A stretch of DNA of 62,543 nucleotides, the filler included, from Atractiella rhizophila (lineage: Eukaryota): the NCBI GenBank assembly GCA_021432655.1. It is 30 parts of 30 records of this genome, joined end to end, with 100 filler letters (N's around TTAATTAATTAA, not from the genome) between each part and the next. Parts side by side here need not be neighbours in the genome. Positions count along the whole stretch, not along the records: positions 1 to 2,031 come from MU272787.1; positions 2,132 to 4,162 come from MU272788.1; positions 4,263 to 6,291 come from MU272789.1; positions 6,392 to 8,416 come from MU272790.1; positions 8,517 to 10,537 come from MU272791.1; positions 10,638 to 12,657 come from MU272792.1; 24 more parts are not named here. One strand, 5' to 3'. This document shows positions 1 through 10,681 of this stretch, piece by piece. Every line of letters begins with the position of its first letter. Positions within the stretch are counted from its first letter, which is position 1. A program made the translations under genes and the position numbers. Under the pieces are notes generated by a model. That model was given only the letters and a program-made list of their open reading frames with translations, did not search any database and was not told where the DNA came from.

Positions 1-376
1 TTTATTCAGAGTTAAGGCAAACGCTAAGCGCACAGGGAATTGAAAGCGCCAGAATTAAAAAGGAAGCTGGTTTGATACTACACTGCTCAAAGGACATAGC
101 TTTTATCATCGTCGCGGTCGGAGTGATGTGCTCATTCGCATCCAAAAGATTAAATGTCATCATGCACATATTGTCAGGCCAGCGTCCACATTTGGGATTA
201 AGCATGAGATCGTGTTAGCAGTTGATCTTGATAGGGACCGCTCAAATTGAGCATTTGCAGCAGAAGCCTCAAGGAAGTAATGTTTTAATGTCAACCTGTT
301 ACTAGGTAGTAAATGTAGCTCATCGTCGCCTTATAAGGAGTGTAACCTTGCTGAATGTTCCGAAGAACAGTGGTAC

Positions 377-1519
377 GGTCAAGATCCTCCAAGTTCCCTC
401 GACGCGATTAACGACAGCCTGTCCTCCCAACTTGACCTCTGTACCAACTTCGAGAGACACCCTCGTTACTTCGTCTGTGAAAGTCCCAAGCCGAATGAAG
501 AAATCGTTGATGCAGTCCTTGAGCTCGACTAAATCATGGCCTTGCACCGGAACATCAATCTTCTGGGTGAAATCACCGAGGGCTACTGATTTGCAGACAC
601 GAGCGATATCCTGAATCTGGGCTTTGAGAAGTTTCAACTCTTGTTCCACCGACAAGTCATCCGTCACTTCAAAGTTCCTTAGACCTTCCGTATAGTCGTC
701 CTCTTCCAAAACATATTCCGATGTGTTTGTTCGAGAGGCAGAGACAATGCTGAAGGGATCTGAATCTGTCGAAATCACATCGGATTCTTCCGACATGCCA
801 GATGGGGAAAGGATCACCTTCGATCGCATCGTGCTGGACTTTGACGATGCCCTGTCAGCTGGTGCAGGCCGATCCACGATGAGTACTTCGATATCGTCCA
901 TCCCTTCGACAGGTAAGACGCGAGGCTTCATGGTATTTCCCACCCTCTTCGATAGATGGTGGTTGAACAGGAACTCTTGGTTGGTAGACACCACTTCTCC
1001 GTTTCTCGCCGAACCGACATGTACATCCACCGCGTTCTTGATGTGATCGCGTACTTTGTTCAGCCTCCCGATCGCTTAGCAATCCTCTCCACCGAAGCCA
1101 GAAGGGCATGCGCTTCAGGCGGCTTTGATAATCCACTGCCCAAGCGTCCCAGCGTCCCATGAGCATCCCAATGCAGATGTCCACTTGGGCTTCCTTACTA
1201 TTCGGAGCGGGAGTGGAAGAGGGTTTGACGGGAGGAGGAGGGAGGCTTTCGTGGCTCGAAGCAGGAGAGGAACGTGAGGATGTGGCGGAGATTGGACGCG
1301 CAGGGTGAAGGTAGCTCCCTATGCATGTCGTGATTTGGTCAGGGGAGGCTTCCATGGCTGTGAGGAGACCAAGAATGAAAGCTGGGAAGTTGATGTTCTC
1401 GTAGAAGCTGGAGGTTATAGAATGGGAGTCGTCCAATTTGTAGTTTGCATGGGAACTTGCTGGTAGAGTGAGGCGAGGTGCGGCTGAAATCCATTGTGTG
1501 TTGTTTTGGAAGTAGACAT
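377..1519 (-). pseudogene. Frameshifted, truncated 5' part of a group III (Nik1/Os-1/Tco1-like) HAMP hybrid histidine kinase
   Basis: HAMP repeat ELKLLKAQIQDIARVCKSVALGDFTQKIDVPVQG...TFTDEVTRVSLEVGTEVKLGGQAVV..VEGTWRILT at about 377-640. Upstream coding sequence is split over frames (breaks near 1487, 1143-1158, 1076) and no second HAMP follows. Confidence 0.65.
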
Positions 1520-2031
1520 AGTGTGGAAGAGAGTCGGGGTAGCAGTGGGACGTTGGGTTAGAAGGGTAGCATGGAAAATATTGCGAGTTGGTTCTCCACC
1601 TCGACGAAAGGGGTCGTTAGCCGTAGTAGTTAAACTGGTCGATGGCAGCAAGGGGGTTCCAAGTGAAAACTGGAAATGGATGACAGAGAGTTGTTGATTC
1701 TTTGGGGGAGGCAAGTGTGTCAGTGCCCTGTCCCTCGGGCATCCCCCCCCGCCAGGGGCCTCGCCCTTGGACCTTAGCCTCCGGCGGCCACCGCATGGAG
1801 CTCTTGCCGCTGGCAGCCACTGAGTGGGGCCTCCCCTTCGGAAAGCACAAATGGACATGGGTTTTGGTATGAATCTATATGATTTCATTAACATGCATCC
1901 GATTGTGAAAATTCAAAACTTCTCTGTACACTACATTTTCCATCCTCTTATTCTCTATCCCTTGCACTTGGTGTAAATAAACTCGAAGATTCTTAGCGTT
2001 CGAAACTCTAGAAAGTCCTACGTAAAGTTGT

Positions 2032-2131
2032 NNNNNNNNNNNNNNNNNNNNNNNNNNNNNNNNNNNNNNNNNNNNTTAATTAATTAANNNNNNNNNNNNN
2101 NNNNNNNNNNNNNNNNNNNNNNNNNNNNNNN
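2032..2131. other. Artificial contig-joining linker N44-TTAATTAATTAA-N44 (first of 29)
   Basis: Identical 100-nt spacers with stops in all six frames start at 2032, 4163, 6292, 8417, 10538, 12658, 14774, 16889, 19003, 21111, 23217, 25314, 27411, 29506, 31601, 33695, 35781, 37865, 39948, 42025, 44101, 46170, 48232, 50293, 52343, 54392, 56435, 58474 and 60509. Contig lengths never increase along the window. Confidence 0.99.
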
Positions 2132-3969
2132 TGTTCTCAACCTGGCGTTGTCCGCGTTTCAAAGGATCATCGAGCGAATTGGATCTGGTAATGGGTCACC
2201 CGTTAGCTTGGAGGTTGGAGAAAATACCCGCCTGGCTCTCGGATCAAGTTTCAGTGGCTCGAGACGGGAGGAATTTCGACCGAAGCTGTCGACATCGTAC
2301 AAAGCTGACGTGGCTATGAGACGTGCGCTATCGCTGTGAAACTCGGAAGCAAGTTCAAAGAGACGAGGTAAAGCTTGAACCTTTGCCCCGTAGGCTAAAG
2401 GAAGAATTCGATTGCCGTATCGTAGCAGCTCTCCGATTAAGAGTGACACTTTGCGACTGACTGGGGTCGCTGCTCTCTCCTCAGCGACACCGATGAGGGC
2501 CTGAAGCAAATCCGTCAGCTAGCATGCATCATATGCCTAATTACTGACCTCAATAAGCCCTGCGTCAACGAAGACAAGTAATAGAAGGGATTTGTAATGG
2601 TCGATGAGATTAACACGGTCTCCTTGGGGATCGGGGGGGAGCTGGTGTCTTTTTTGAAATTGTGCGTCACTGAAATCAGGTTTTCGTTGACGGTAAACTA
2701 TTGCGCATCAAAGGTCAGGGGCGGAAGGATGTAATTAGCAGCTCACGAGTTAACCTCTTTCCAGACAGGAACGAATTGTACCAATCTGGAGGTTGAACGC
2801 CAAAGATATCAAATAGAGTGTCGAGAACTGCTTCCTGCAGGAAGAAATTGAGCAGAAGAATTATGAACAGAGGCAAGCGAACCCGTAGAGGCGCTGAGGG
2901 AGTGCGGAGAGAGTCAACGAGAGAATAAATTGCCTCTTTTTCGTTGGTGCAAAGATAAAGCAGGCCTGACGCTTACGTGAGACGAGGCTGCTGGTTCAGT
3001 TCGACAAGGTACACACCACTCCATGATTTGATTATCTGGGATACCATTTTTGAACTTGCTTTCAAACGATCTTCTTGCGAAACTGTCTTTCCATGAGCGT
3101 CTGTAAATCCAGAAAGAATTATCTGGAGAGTAAGGTTGGACGGAGAACCTATTTGCAGCGGGTACGAACCTCAAAATCGACTCCTGGATGAAGATATATA
3201 CGATACGTCGGCGCATCAAGCAGATAAACAAAGAGTAGAGCGATGGATGGAGTAAACTCGGGTGGTCCATCTGCTAAGGTCTGAAGGACGACTCGAAGCC
3301 CCCCAGAAAACGAGAGCAAATCAATATCCCTCAGTGCTGTTCATGTTATCACACGCCTTGCGGGAGATTTAGGCGCGTACCCAGCTCGCTTAAAGTTTCC
3401 AAAGCCAGTAAACGCAATTTATCTTCGGTGTGTTCGCCAATTGCAACCACAGCACGCACTACTGCGGGAGAGAGATGTTGGGTGCCTTCTGGAAGCTGAA
3501 GTATGGTTCGAATAAGTCCCAGAGCCTGAAGCTTTTCTTGATCGAATTTATGATCCCTTGCTAGCGTCCTGTGATGTGATGGACTGAGCTTTGATAGGGT
3601 GAAGAAAGAGTCAGACGCACCTGACAAGATACAAATCGAGGTTGCTCTCGCGCAACTCTTCTACGTCTTTCTCGTCAACGATGAGATATCGAAGCAACCT
3701 GAATGCAGCTGTACGTTCCTCTTTGGAATTATAGTCCGCCAATCGCGGCATCACACTGTCGCAGTCTCAACTAGAGTACTTCATCGAAGACATCACAATG
3801 GATGCACATGCCTAGGCAGGATTGCGTTCATTGGAACGTCCAGTCGTGCTTCTGGATCCTTACGTACGGCATCCACAATTGTCTCAGAAATGTCTACCCG
3901 TTCTTGTGTGGAAGAATCAGGTGCAGACAGTTGGGAAAGAAAGTGGAGGATGCCATCAGATTGAGACAT
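2132..3969 (-). CDS. AVO3: TORC2 subunit Rictor/Avo3/Ste20, N-terminal part (multi-exon, 3' truncated by contig end)
   Basis: LARDHKFDQEKLQALGLIRTIL...VVRAVVAIGEHTEDKLRLLALETLSEL, YLLDAPTYRIYLHPGVDFE and RKVSLLIGELLRYGNRILP...QALPRLF match RICTOR_N; canonical GT-AG introns. Confidence 0.9.
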
Positions 3970-4262
3970 AATGAAATCTAACTTCTCTGTAAGAAATTGG
4001 CTTGAGACAGAACAGAAGAAACTAGCTTGCCTTGTTGTATCATACTTCCCCTTGACCTGCAACCAGCACCTGTAACACAGGTTGGATAATGTGGCCTCAT
4101 TTGAAAAATGCGGGAGATAAACTTAGATAAGTAAGATCTTGATCTTAAAGATTTTGTTGTGCNNNNNNNNNNNNNNNNNNNNNNNNNNNNNNNNNNNNNN
4201 NNNNNNTTAATTAATTAANNNNNNNNNNNNNNNNNNNNNNNNNNNNNNNNNNNNNNNNNNNN

Positions 4263-4760
4263 CACGAAGGAGGAACATGTTTTCGGGATATTTAATTTTG
4301 TAAGCTAAAAGTAGGCAGATCGTCTCCAAGCTGTGCTTGCCTCTATCGACATAATCTCCCAAGAAGAGATAATTGGCGTCAGGAGGAAACCCTCCCATCT
4401 CGAAAAGGCTCAACAAGTCGCTGAATTGGCCATGAATATCGCCTGCTCCCACGAAGATTCAACATATATCAGCGCATCCAGGTCGAAGATTAGAGAAAAA
4501 CGAACCACAAATATTGACGTTCCCTTCAAGCTCAAGTAGCATGGGTTGGCTTAAGAATATCTCTCTAGCAGTCGCACAGAGCCATCGTATCTCTGATTCG
4601 CGCAAGAAGACTTCTCTCGGGGTTCGACGACCGCGTACTGGGAAAAAAGGATCAATAAAGATTTCTCCTTGGGCCGTGAACTTTGACGAAACAGACCTGC
4701 AAGCAAGCGCGCTATTATGTCGTCCACGTCTACCTCTAGCTCTAAGTGGAATGAGGGCAT
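4263..4760 (-). CDS. PP1-family Ser/Thr phosphatase catalytic subunit, divergent paralog, 5' part
   Basis: Spliced: [13 protein letters not shown]...[90 protein letters not shown] and GDYVDRG motifs intact. Confidence 0.92.
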
Positions 4761-5162
4761 TTTTAACGTGTAGATTACTGAGTAGTTTGGTAGTCGTAAT
4801 GCCAGTAAAGTAGAAATAATGTGATGTTAAGCTGGCCGAGCAGACGTGACGTTAAAAGAGGCAGACCAGCAGTACGTTGTCGCCTGTAATAGCTCGAGTG
4901 CAAGGATATAGGAATGTTGGCGCAGCTGCAGGAATAAGACCGGTAGGGTGCGAGGAAAACTCGAAGAAGTGTTGGCGGAAGACGCTACTAGTAATCAGTA
5001 CGAGTATTAGTGCAATGAATCGTGCCCAAGGCAATTACGCAACAATTTCAAATTCAGGATGGAAGGGCAAGGGCAAGAGATCAGGTGCAGGATCAGGTGA
5101 CACGACACAAACTGGCATTCTAATTCACAACACATCTATATTCCTTTTATAAACAAACGAAC

Positions 5163-6291
5163 TCAGATTAGTTTAGCCACGTCCATAAGACCTCCAATAA
5201 GATGCAAGCTGCCCGTAACAAGGACATCGACTGTTCCCTCCGTCTGTACCAACTGGATGGCATCTTCAATCGACGGGAGGACGGATACTGCCGTCTCTGA
5301 AGCTCTGAATGGCGTCAGATCGTCGCGTTGAACGAGGACCCTCCAAATATCCGCGAGCTCCTGTTGAACCGTCATCTGCTGTAGCGATTCGGGCGAGATG
5401 TTCGACGCCTGCAGATCTAGCATCAATTTGCAGCGGTCAGCATCGTCTCAGGGCACACGAAGGCGAGACGCACCTCCTTTGAACCCTCCATCTTTGTAGG
5501 TGACATTGGTGCAAAAGATGACATTGTCGAAGAATCGATCGAGCGTCTTTTTGCCGTCTTCAAACGCGACCCCAGCGGCGGTGGTGAGGAAGGAATCGAG
5601 GAGCGACTCCCCCGATCTTCCGGAGGTACAGTTGAAAATCAAGACGCGCTTCCTGTTCGGACTTCACGGTACACCGTCAGCAACCTCACCACAGAAAGAG
5701 GAGACGAAACCCACTGTGTCTTTACTGTGTCTACCCACCATTCAGCACAGACCTTGAGACTTTCCACAGTGTGAGCGCCGTCCAACAACCACCTGAGCCT
5801 CCCCCTCTCTGCAATCTGGCATCTCCCTGGCCATCGCACTTCTTCAAGCCCTTTGACGATGAGAGGAGGAAGGGGAGAAGGAGCGATGATGGATGAATGG
5901 AGATGCGGAGGAGTTGTAGAGGTGGCGAGGTCCGCGGTGGGATTGAGGAAGGCTAGGACCATGGAGACGGCGAGGGAAGCATTAGAGAGCTGATGTACTC
6001 CAGCTAGCCCAAGTGTTAGGTGTCGAAGCTCGGGATTGATGGTGACGACGTTGAAGGAGCGGACCTATTCATGTACTCATGAACAGGAATCGGTAAGCAA
6101 AGTCGAGAAAGGACCTACATTGGCTTCTGTGGCTTTCCGCTTGAGAACTTCGAATCCTTCTTGTGGCTGTTCCACAGTGAAGGCAGGCACGTCTTGCTAC
6201 ACCCAGCTTTAAAGCTCGTTCTACAGGACAAATGCAACAGAATAATACCTTGTAAATCCCTCCTTTCTGATCTGCGATCTCAGGTATAGTT
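5163..6291 (-). CDS. MET7: Folylpolyglutamate synthase, 3' part (multi-exon)
   Basis: LGLAGVHQLSNASLA, WPGRCQ, LDGAHTVESL, IFNCTSGRSG, VIFCTNVTY, VLVTGSLHLIGG motifs; stop at 5163-5165. Confidence 0.9.
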
Positions 6292-6481
6292 NNNNNNNNN
6301 NNNNNNNNNNNNNNNNNNNNNNNNNNNNNNNNNNNTTAATTAATTAANNNNNNNNNNNNNNNNNNNNNNNNNNNNNNNNNNNNNNNNNNNNCAGACTCAT
6401 TTGTTACTGGGAGTTACAGCGACGGAGAGGGAGACCACTAGCCTTCAAACGCGCACTGTCTAGCTGTAAGAGTGCTTTGAA

Positions 6482-7784
6482 ATGTCAAAGAGACGGCTTG
6501 ACTCGCGTTTGGGTGAAAACTCCCAAGGTAAGTTTCCCATTGACATATTCTATGTTGATTTCAATAGCACACACTCGGCAGAGGTCCAGATCTGGAACTC
6601 AGTGAAAGCCCAGCTTAACTCTCTAGTCGAGCTTCAAGAAAAGGTGGAGGCGACCAGCAGAGCTCTGCAATCTGCACAACAAGCGAATGGAAAAGGGAAG
6701 GCGCCTCTTGACTTGGAAGCAAACCTGAATGCCCTTCGAAATAGTTACCAAGCTCAGCTAGAGTTCGTCACGTCATCCCTTATAAACTAACTCTCAGCTC
6801 ATCTATTTTACTTCGATGGGTTATATAGCGAGTCCATTGAGTCGTTATCCATCCTCATTGCGTTGCGCGAGAATCCGGACCCTTACAGTCAAGGTCAGCA
6901 GCCCTGCCACTTCCTTTCTCAATTAGTAAATTCACAAAACCCCGTGACATAGGGCTGCCTGAGAAACGGAAGAAACGCAATGCAGCATCGTCGTTGCAGC
7001 CTTCACGGTCAACCTCCGCGGTTGTGGAATCCAACACACCATCCTCCTCTATTCCTTCCTCTCCAGCGCCATCTGGGCGTTCCTCCGGCTCTCCAGCTCC
7101 ATCTTCGCTGTCTACAGGACCGTCTCGCATCAATTTAGTCAAGGCAAACGGATCCAGTCCACTCGGATCGATAATTACGGGGAACGTGAAGAATCGAAAG
7201 GCATTCCTGAACCGCACGGGACAGCTGCCACTTCGCCCAGGAAGAAGTGTGGTTGCCAAACCGAATAAAGGTACTGGCACCATTCCTGGTGGAAGTCCGA
7301 ATGGGAGTCTCGGAGAGAGAGGAAGGACGGGAGAGGACGATTGGATCCTTGGTGAAATTGTAGAATGCATTTCTGGGGATAAGAACAGGTTTGTTCCTCC
7401 TTCTATCATGCTTTAGATGCTCATGATAATTACAACAGATACGTGGTAAAGGATTCTGATCCTACTTCCGAGGATGCGAGATGGAACATGACGCTAAAGA
7501 CCATCATTCCCCTCCCTGATCCAAAGGACAGAGAGCGAACATACCCCAAGAAAGATTATACACCTGGAATGTGGGTCCTAGCACTGTACCCTGACACAAC
7601 CAGTTTCTACAAGGCGAAAATTGTAGGAATGGGCGCCAATCGGGTAACTCTTTCCTATTGCTTTCCAAGTACTACTGAAGCTGACGATATTATTGGAAAG
7701 CATTACATGCTTTTATTTGAGGAAGACGAGGACACGACAAGAGAGGTCCCTGAAGAATATGTTACCGAATACATGACTTCTTGA
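6482..7784 (+). CDS. SGF29: SAGA-associated factor 29 (tandem Tudor), apparently complete, multi-exon
   Basis: N-terminal coiled coil, then EDDWILGEIVECISGDKNRYVVKDSDP...TLKTIIPLP...VLALYPDTTSFYKAKIV...YMLLFEEDED. Confidence 0.9.
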
Positions 7785-7984
7785 GATTCTCCAGGGTACT
7801 TGACCTTTGATGTGAGACTGAAACCTAGAGAGACAGTGTCATCGCTATTTATTCTTTCATGATTGTGTGTTTCCCTCTAGCTTCGAATACATATCTCACG
7901 ATCTTCATTGCTTCAAGCTGTGGCGTTGGTAACTGGCTTAGTTTCTGTTGTTTTACTATTGCAGTCGTAATATCAATTTACTTT

Positions 7985-8395
7985 TTAATCATCCAGGCTT
8001 CCGGCTGTAATGACATCGTCAATCTAAGGGCACATTAGCAATGTCTAGGCTAAGAAACAACGAGTGCAAACCTTCAATACTGCTCGGACAAGCTGAGTCG
8101 CCAACAAAAATTGCTGCCGTTTGGAGATTAAGGGATCGAACACATTTTGCTCCCTCATGTCTAACCGCGATCAATGATCAGAATCTCTTGAACTTTCCGC
8201 GAATGGAAATGTACCATTACTTCCGCGTCCAACACAATCAACGCCAAGACGCGAATTCTTCTCGTTCGCTTGCCGACTCTTCACCTCAGCCAGCGTTTCA
8301 ATAGGCGGCAATCCAGAGTTTTCAGCAAGGGCCAAGGGTATAGCGTCCAAGGCAGCGGCAAAAGCGCGCATTGCATACTGTTCTATTGATGGAAT
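7985..8395 (-). CDS. CCT5: T-complex protein 1 subunit epsilon, 3' exons
   Basis: [42 protein letters not shown]...RLGVDC / [30 protein letters not shown] / IDDVITAG. Confidence 0.95.
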
Positions 8396-8516
8396 CTGCT
8401 CAACAGAAGTTTGTCANNNNNNNNNNNNNNNNNNNNNNNNNNNNNNNNNNNNNNNNNNNNTTAATTAATTAANNNNNNNNNNNNNNNNNNNNNNNNNNNN
8501 NNNNNNNNNNNNNNNN

Positions 8517-8892
8517 ATCGCCGCTTTCCCCTGTCTCACACGAATCGCCGCTCAGCAAACCTTAAACATTTCGCCGGTCTGCATCGTCTCCATTATTACC
8601 TTTATTGTCCTTTCTCACTTGTACTGCTTAGTATGTCTTATTTCCGAGTATTCCCTATATTGCTTTCCTGATCCAGCTATCTTACATGTTTCAAGAAACG
8701 TATGTTACAGTTTATGGCAGTGCCCTTACATATATATATATACATCGAGATGTAGTGGTGGTGACCTCAGAGTATTCTCTTAGGTTTACCTCCACTACAG
8801 GTTAGTCTCCTCATGCCATACTAGCAACTTAGGTTTACCTCCACTACAGACGCATCGCCTATCGGCGACCGCACATAGTGTCAGCCCTAACA
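8517..8892. mobile_element. LTR family A, partial copy (cut by contig start)
   Basis: Aligns by eye to 55039-55412 and to the reverse complement of part of 53307-54014; ends ...GCCCTAACA. Confidence 0.9.
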
Positions 8893-9467
8893 GTATACCC
8901 GGAGCACTGTTATTCAGTTCACCAATTACGTTTGTCCATGGATCGTAGCTGAAGTCCAGGCGGCTGGAGGACGGTGATTGCAGGGCGAAGGAGCTCTAAC
9001 CCGACTGCTTGCAGCTTTCTCGAGCTGGACACAGACGAGCGCGAACAGACTAGACACGACATGTTGCGGAGATCATTTTCGGGAAGCGTCCAACTGGACA
9101 CAGCCGAGTGCGGCCCTGCGACCAACTGAACTGAATGTGGATGCGCTTACAATTGGGATGAAAGACAGCTGAATGGGCCATCTGGACTGAGCTGTATAGG
9201 ATTGCAAAGACTTGAAAGCGTAATTTACAAGGTGAAAATTCTGGCTGGGCGGTTAGGCTTTGCCTGGGACTTATCTGTAGCCATCTGGCGACAATCTCGT
9301 CCGCCTAGGTCTCCGACCTGAGAATTCTGAAACTCAATTGGCGGTGTACAGCAAAGCCTGTTTGAAAGACGAAAAAAAAATTGTTTTCCTGACTGAGTCA
9401 GGTGACTTTGACCCTTTGGGCAAAGCTTTGGTTACCTACTCAAAGTAAGTTGATAGAACATAAAAGT

Positions 9468-9546
9468 TGTACTATGGTTTAGTTGGTGTGTGGCAAAATT
9501 CAGGTTATGGATCATGTTTATGTGGGTTCGATTCTCGGTGGGGTCA
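9468..9546 (+). pseudogene. Degenerate tRNA-like sequence (Asn-GTT-like), tRNA pseudogene or SINE head
   Basis: A-box-like TGGTTTAGTTGG, B-box-like GGTTCGATTCT, short stem with 7-nt loop AGGTTAT centred on GTT, 3' TGGGGTCA; acceptor stem does not pair. Confidence 0.35.
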
Positions 9547-10645
9547 CATTTGTTCACCCCGAAAAAAGTGCAGCACTGCGAAGTGCCTGCACGTGATTTC
9601 TTCAGCGCTTTCTCTGATTTCTCGGATCGTGCGCCAGAAATCCGGTGACAGTGCTTCAAAAGGCGCACAGCTCCTCCGTTTTAGCACATTACTTTCAAGA
9701 CCGTTCCGGGGGTTTGGAGCCTATAAGCAGGAAGCTTGACTTTCAACGACAAAAGGTCATTGACATTGCAAATGATACCATAAAGTGCAAAAAACGACTT
9801 GCATCCTTTCTGAAAGCTACATAGTTTATGAAATCAAGGTTCCTTTGTTGTAGAATTTCGCCGTTCAACCTCAAGCAGCGGAAGTAGTTCTGAAATATCA
9901 GTGACAAACGTAATAAGGGTTTAACATGCAATGCTGTGACACTGCAAAGGATTCAGAATACTTTTCGTCAACATCTGCAGGTTTCTCGATCATTCTCTCG
10001 CCGGTAGGTCACCAACCAGCCTGTAATGTACGCTAAATTGTGGAGAGAATATAAATCTACCCTTCTTACTCCTGTAGAAAGTGACAGGCATATACAAAAT
10101 AACTTAAGAAGGGAAACTTAGCTCTGATCTCCTAGAGACACCTGACGATGCCACAAGGAAGAGAGGCGTGCTTGCTAATTATTCTGGATGGCATAAAAAA
10201 AGGCCCTATATTCCCTGCCACATTCCTATCCTCTTTCGCGCAAATGCATGCAATCGCTGAAGTAAGAATTCCCTGAAGCCATGTCTGATGTGTATTTGAA
10301 GATTGAGTGGTCGAGGAGCGTTGCTGATGTACGTGACGGGTACGCGACACGTGCTCTCTAGATTTCGCGAATTAGTCGACTCAGCAAAATCCAGCAATAT
10401 TATCGACCTCGCGGTTTCTCCTCTTTACAAAAGCCTGAGCACGTTGAACTCAGGATCGCCCGTCTACCTTAGAATTACTTAGAGTCAAGAAAAAAATGAA
10501 GGAAAGCGACAATCTCAGAGTCCAGGCTATCGATCCTNNNNNNNNNNNNNNNNNNNNNNNNNNNNNNNNNNNNNNNNNNNNTTAATTAATTAANNNNNNN
10601 NNNNNNNNNNNNNNNNNNNNNNNNNNNNNNNNNNNNNTAGCTAGC

Positions 10646-10681
10646 TCTCAGGCCTTGCATTTGACATAATCAGGCCTGAGA
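10646..10681. repeat. Hairpin with 10-bp perfect stem inside an 82-bp segment duplicated at 41943-42024
   Basis: TCTCAGGCCT-N16-AGGCCTGAGA; 10638-10719 is identical to 41943-42024. Confidence 0.85.

Noticed and set aside
10638..10681. Helitron 3' end
   Set aside because: CTAG lies only about 1 nt from the hairpin and is not followed by T, unlike canonical spacing.
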